Of a stretch of 64,000 bases of DNA, positions 60,077-64,000 are shown one piece after another; within the stretch, counting starts at the first letter, position 1; each line of letters begins with the position of its first letter. The DNA comes from Phycisphaerae bacterium (GTDB taxonomy: Bacteria > Planctomycetota > Phycisphaerae > UBA1845 > Fen-1342). The position numbers were made by a program, and so were the translations under genes. The notes beneath the pieces were generated by a model, which had not been told where the DNA came from, ran no database searches, and saw only the letters and a list, made by a program, of their open reading frames with translations. The stretch is taken from contig CAXXWX010000003.1 in NCBI GenBank assembly GCA_963675745.2, forward strand, positions 210,417 to 274,416. Direction: 5' to 3'.

Positions 60077-61876
60077 CTAGCGGGCGGCGGGCAGGATCAG
60101 CTCGAACCGTGCGCCGGGCGCGCCGTCGGATACGAGGCGTAGATCACCCCCCATATCGCGCGCCATGCGCCGGCTGAGCGATAGTCCGAGACCGACGCCG
60201 GGAGCGGAGTGCGCTGCCTGGCGCGCCGACTTGTGAAAAGCCCGGAAAATACGCTTGCGCTCAGACGGGGCGATGCCGGGCCCGTCATCGCTGACACTCA
60301 GCACCACGCCGGCCTGATCAACCCGTGTGCTCACGCGGATCGCACCATCGCCGGTACCGGCGGCATACTTGCAGGCGTTATCCACCAGATTAAGCAAAAT
60401 CTGTTCGGTGGCCGACGCGTCCACGCGCACGCTCAGGCGACGATGCTCGGGGGCGATGTCAATCACGACGCGCATGCCGCCCTGTTCGGCGCGCCGTCCC
60501 AGCCGCTCGCCAACGCGATCCAGCAAGTCGTCAATCTGGATGGGCTCAGCGGCGTTGCGGGCGCGACCGCGCTCCAGCCGGGCGTATGACAGCACATTCT
60601 CAACCAGGTGACTGAGGCGCTCGGCCTCGATGCGCAGCGTCTCCAGATAACGTTGCCGCTTTGCACCGTCAGTCAACATCCCCTCGGCCAGCATCTCGGT
60701 GTACATGCGGAATGTGGTCAGTGGCGTGCGGAGTTCGTGCGTTATCGCCGACACAAACGCGGCGCGGCGTTCGCTGAGCGCCAACGTGCCCATCAACAAT
60801 ACGGTGACGGCCGCCGCCGCGATCACCAATCCGGTCCAGGTCAGCGCCAGCAGCGCTTCCACGGGCAATAGCCCTTCCTCGACCAGTGACGGGAAGTCAC
60901 CGGGGACCAAGCGAACCGGCAGCGTCGGCAGCAGGCGATTGTCCCCGACAGCCGAAGCACGCGCGGCCGGCTCGAGTTCCGCCTCGGGCAGCAACTCGCG
61001 CACCTCGCGCTGAAGCCAGGCGTGCACCGCCTCCCAATCCAGCGCGCAGCCTTGCACATATTCGCGACCGTTGACCTGCACGCGCCGGGCAAGCACCAAC
61101 GACTGGCCGCACCACAGCGCGCTGAGCGAACCGACAGTCACATCGGCGGCGGTCAAAAACTCGTTGCTGGCCCACTGCAACGTCGGGTCGAGCATCTGCT
61201 GCTGGGCGCGCCCGCGCGCCTGTTGCTCGCGCTGGTTCAGCTCGGCCTGTGCAGTTTTGCTTTTCACGGCGCGCTGTTGCGGCTCGGCCATTTGCTGTTG
61301 CACCATGCCGCCGGTCTGGCCGAGCGTGGCCACGGTCGGCGGCCCGCGCGTGGTGACTTCCAGTGGCAATCGCGCGATCAACTCCTCACGGTCGAGCTGT
61401 CCGCGCAGCGCATCCAGCTTTTCCGCGTAGTCACGGATACGCGCCTCGCTGGTATAGCCATCCTCGGCAATGACGCGCACCTCGCCGGTGGGCACTTGCG
61501 GCGAGGTCAGTGCGCCGTCCGGGCCGATCTGAAAGTGCACGAGCACGTACGGCGAGTCAATGGTCAGCAGCGGCGAGGGAATCAGCACGTCGCCGTAGCC
61601 GATCGAGTTGAACATGCGCGTGTACGCCCGTTCGGCCGGATAGAACGACGTATATGCGAAGTACGGCAGCGCGCTCTCGCGCGTGATCAGCGGGGCCAGC
61701 GCGGAGTGGGTGCGCCAGAGCGCCAGGCGCACGGCTTCTTCGAGTGCCGCCCGCTGGCGCGCCTCGCTCTCGGTGGCATCGAGCCGCAGCAGGGTGGCGC
61801 TGATCATGCCGACAGCGACGGCAACCAGCGCCAGACACGCCGCGAATATGATCCAGATGTGCCAGGGGCGTCGCAT
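60077..61876 (-). CDS. Membrane sensor histidine kinase
   Basis: Two TMs; H-box FVSAITHELRTPLT; N-box NLVDNACKY; DDGPGI; GVGLGL. Confidence 0.93.
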   Translation of the reverse strand: MRRPWHIWIIFAACLALVAVAVGMISATLLRLDATESEARQRAALEEAVRLALWRTHSALAPLITRESALPYFAYTSFYPAERAYTRMFNSIGYGDVLIPSPLLTIDSPYVLVHFQIGPDGALTSPQVPTGEVRVIAEDGYTSEARIRDYAEKLDALRGQLDREELIARLPLEVTTRGPPTVATLGQTGGMVQQQMAEPQQRAVKSKTAQAELNQREQQARGRAQQQMLDPTLQWASNEFLTAADVTVGSLSALWCGQSLVLARRVQVNGREYVQGCALDWEAVHAWLQREVRELLPEAELEPAARASAVGDNRLLPTLPVRLVPGDFPSLVEEGLLPVEALLALTWTGLVIAAAAVTVLLMGTLALSERRAAFVSAITHELRTPLTTFRMYTEMLAEGMLTDGAKRQRYLETLRIEAERLSHLVENVLSYARLERGRARNAAEPIQIDDLLDRVGERLGRRAEQGGMRVVIDIAPEHRRLSVRVDASATEQILLNLVDNACKYAAGTGDGAIRVSTRVDQAGVVLSVSDDGPGIAPSERKRIFRAFHKSARQAAHSAPGVGLGLSLSRRMARDMGGDLRLVSDGAPGARFELILPAAR

Positions 61877-61975
61877 TGCCGAGATTACCCTTACGGCCGG
61901 TGGCTAGGCGGCTTAATGTCCATTTGCATACAGGCCGCGACACGTCGGGGGCCAGCCGGGTCCGACGGCCTGCGA

Positions 61976-62080
61976 GGCGCCGGCCGCTACATTGCCGGCG
62001 CAGGCCGCTACATCGCAGGCGCAGGCCGCCACATTGCCGGCGCAGGCTGTTACGTGGGCGGCGCGGGCCGCTACGTTGCT
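61976..62080 (-). repeat. Five tandem degenerate 21-bp repeats (minus-strand core GTAGCGGCCTGCGCC) overlapping the response regulator stop codon
   Basis: Plus strand: GGCGCCGGCCGCTACATTGCC / GGCGCAGGCCGCTACATCGCA / GGCGCAGGCCGCCACATTGCC / GGCGCAGGCTGTTACGTGGGC / GGCGCGGGCCGCTACGTTGCT. Confidence 0.8.
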
Positions 62081-62781
62081 GGCGGGTCTCCTTTCACGTA
62101 CTTGTAACCCTTGCCGCGGACGGTCTGGATGATCCGCGGATGCGCGGAGTCATCGCGGAGCTTCTCGCGCAGCCGGGCAATATGCATATCGATCGTGCGT
62201 GTCTCGATGCCGCGTGGGTTCATCCGCCAGACGCGCGAGAGGATCTCTTCGCGGTCGATGGCCCGGTCGGGGTTGGCCGCCAGGTACCGGATCAGTTCGC
62301 GCTCACGCTCTGACAGTTCACAGATGCTGCCATCGGCGTGGCGTATTTCGCTCCGCGCCAGGTCGACGCACATGTCGCCGATATTGAGCTCGCTGACGTC
62401 GCCGGGCCGTTCGGGCGACCGCCGCAACACGACGGCGACGCGCGCCAACAGCTCCTTGACGCTGAAGGGTTTGACGACGTAGTCATCCGCGCCGAGCCGC
62501 AGCCCCTTGACGCGATCGGACTCTTCGCCGCGCGCTGTCAGGATGATGACCGGCGCCGTGGGTCGCGCGCGGCGCAACTCGCCGAGAATCTCCAGTCCAT
62601 CGCGCTGCGGCAGCACCAGATCGAGCAGGATCAGGTCGTACTCGGCGTGCAGGGCGCGCTCGAGGCCATCGTCGCCGGTGGCGGCCTCCAGCGTCTGATA
62701 GCCGTCGATCTCGAGCGCATCGACCAGACCTTGGCGAATGCCGGCGTCATCTTCGATCACCAGGACGCGTTTGCGTGCCAT
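62071..62781 (-). CDS. OmpR/PhoB-family response regulator
   Basis: VLVIEDD; DLILLDL; ILTAR; GADDYVVKPF; RTIDMHI.RLR.K; TVRGKGY. AGGAG SD. Confidence 0.95.
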   Translation of the reverse strand: MARKRVLVIEDDAGIRQGLVDALEIDGYQTLEAATGDDGLERALHAEYDLILLDLVLPQRDGLEILGELRRARPTAPVIILTARGEESDRVKGLRLGADDYVVKPFSVKELLARVAVVLRRSPERPGDVSELNIGDMCVDLARSEIRHADGSICELSERERELIRYLAANPDRAIDREEILSRVWRMNPRGIETRTIDMHIARLREKLRDDSAHPRIIQTVRGKGYKYVKGDPPAT

Positions 62782-62922
62782 AACACTCCTCGCGCTGCGG
62801 ACCGGTGCCAGGATAACACGACTCGGCGCGCTTGCCAGCGCGGCCGCGCGCACCGCCCGCAGCGGTTGCTCGCTATCAGAGTATCGCCGCGCGCGCGGCG
62901 TGTTGCTGTAACGTGTGTGTAA

Positions 62923-63768
62923 CTACCAGTAGCGCTCGAAATGCAGGTTACCGGGCTCGTCACGCGTGTGGGTGCGGAAGCCGCGCTGCACAAGGGCCGA
63001 CTCCACGTCGTCAATCATCGTCGGATTTCCGCACAGAAAGACGTGGCAGTGTTCGGGCTCCAGCGGCGCCCCCGTGGCCCGCTGATAAACGTCACCCTCG
63101 AGCAGTGTCTGCACGCGGCCGTGCAGTCCGGTCCAGCCATCTTCGGGCATGGCGCGCGAGACGATCGGGATGTATGTGAGAGCGGAGTCCGCGCGGGCCG
63201 CGGCTTCCAGCTCCTCACGATAACCCAGATCGCGAACGTGGCGCACGCCGTTTACAAGTACGAAACGGCGCCAGCGCCCCGTGCCCTGGTATGTGCGGTA
63301 CATCGACAGGTACGGGGCGATGCCGGTGCCGGTCGAGATCATGACCAGGTCTCGACCATCCGGCACCGGGTCGAGCGTGAACTCACCCTTGATCTCCTCA
63401 CTCATCCAGACGCGCCCGCCCGATTCGATCGTCCACAGCTTGGGCGTGAGCTTGCCCTCGGCCACCAGGATCACGAACAGCTCGAGGTATTCCCGTTCCT
63501 GGGGAGATGACGCTATGGAATAGGCACGGCGGACCAGGCGCACGCGTGGGCTTTTGCCGTGCTGCGCGAGGATTTCAAGCTCGCGCGCATTCGGCTGACG
63601 CGGAAGACCGAGCGTGGCAAACTGCCCGGGTACAAACGCCGGCACCTGCCCGCTGTCCGGGCACACGCGCACGATGCTCAGGTAATCGTTTACGTCGTGG
63701 CGCTCGGTGACGGTTGCGTTGAATACCTCGCCGGCATCCGTCGGGGCCGGCTTCTGCTCTTCGGGCAT
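62923..63768 (-). CDS. fpr: Ferredoxin/flavodoxin--NADP+ reductase
   Basis: FVPGQF; RRAYSIAS; STGTGIAPY; GRVQ; LCGNP.M; ends ERYW. Confidence 0.9.
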   Translation of the reverse strand: MPEEQKPAPTDAGEVFNATVTERHDVNDYLSIVRVCPDSGQVPAFVPGQFATLGLPRQPNARELEILAQHGKSPRVRLVRRAYSIASSPQEREYLELFVILVAEGKLTPKLWTIESGGRVWMSEEIKGEFTLDPVPDGRDLVMISTGTGIAPYLSMYRTYQGTGRWRRFVLVNGVRHVRDLGYREELEAAARADSALTYIPIVSRAMPEDGWTGLHGRVQTLLEGDVYQRATGAPLEPEHCHVFLCGNPTMIDDVESALVQRGFRTHTRDEPGNLHFERYW

Positions 63769-63894
63769 CAGAAGTTCCTCGGGCGGCACACGCATGCAGA
63801 TGTTGGCACTCACCGGCTATCGCCGGCTACCACCGGTTAAAAACCGGTGCCACATTGGTTGAAGACGCGGTGCCATGTTGGTTGGCGGTTTATT

Positions 63895-64000
63895 CTAACC
63901 GCTGGTGACGGTACCGCCCGTGACGCTGCCAAGCAACTCGACGAGCGCTGGATCCTGGATGCCGGCAAGCCTGACCGAAGTGCCCGGCATGCCGGCGGTG
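63895..64000 (-). CDS. Possible 3' end of a gene entering from beyond the window
   Basis: Open frame TAGMPGTSVRLAGIQDPALVELLGSVTGGTVTSG* ending at 63895; no diagnostic motif. Confidence 0.35.
   Translation of the reverse strand, partial: TAGMPGTSVRLAGIQDPALVELLGSVTGGTVTSG

Noticed and set aside
61976..62080. Possible CRISPR array
   Set aside because: Units are contiguous with no unique spacers, and there are no cas genes in the window.
63840..63880. Sigma54 promoter (TGGCAC on the minus strand)
   Set aside because: Neither copy has the TTGC -12 element at the right spacing.

Overview
GC-rich bacterial DNA with the hallmarks of a Planctomycetota (probably Phycisphaerae) genome: AFTLIELLVV/H-X9-DG pilin-like proteins, Cys-containing dockerin-like C-termini and a PEP-CTERM protein. 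The taxonomy is inferred, not database-checked. (1) 2.7-28.2 kb: a ~26-kb beta-1,3-glucan (laminarin-type) utilisation locus with no SusC/SusD or TonB-dependent receptor. It encodes three GH16 enzymes, a LamG + clan GH-A enzyme, a tandem GH17-GH17 enzyme, a sugar ABC transporter, a GH161-like phosphorylase, two LacI regulators sharing a palindromic operator-like motif, a pilin-like protein, a PEP-CTERM protein and a 1,100-aa secreted protein whose homologous domains appear nested inside one another. Five of the secreted proteins end in one of two classes of dockerin/EF-hand-like module. (2) 28.6-36 kb: a second pilin-like gene, cysteine desulfurase, frameshifted rsmE, an HMGS-like/thiolase/DUF35/crotonase operon whose two thiolase-fold proteins both lack the catalytic Cys, and a CCA-type nucleotidyltransferase. 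(3) 36.3-51.4 kb: PerR/Fur, ferritin, rubredoxin-like protein and AhpC run directly into alternative complex III (actABCDEF) and an A2-type cytochrome c oxidase with heme O synthase. (4) 51.6-64 kb: housekeeping genes (rpsT, TPR, DUF2752, ACT, mnmE, metG, a two-component pair, ferredoxin-NADP reductase) and short repeats. No rRNA, tRNA, CRISPR array or intact mobile element was seen. All family calls come from reading motifs by eye.
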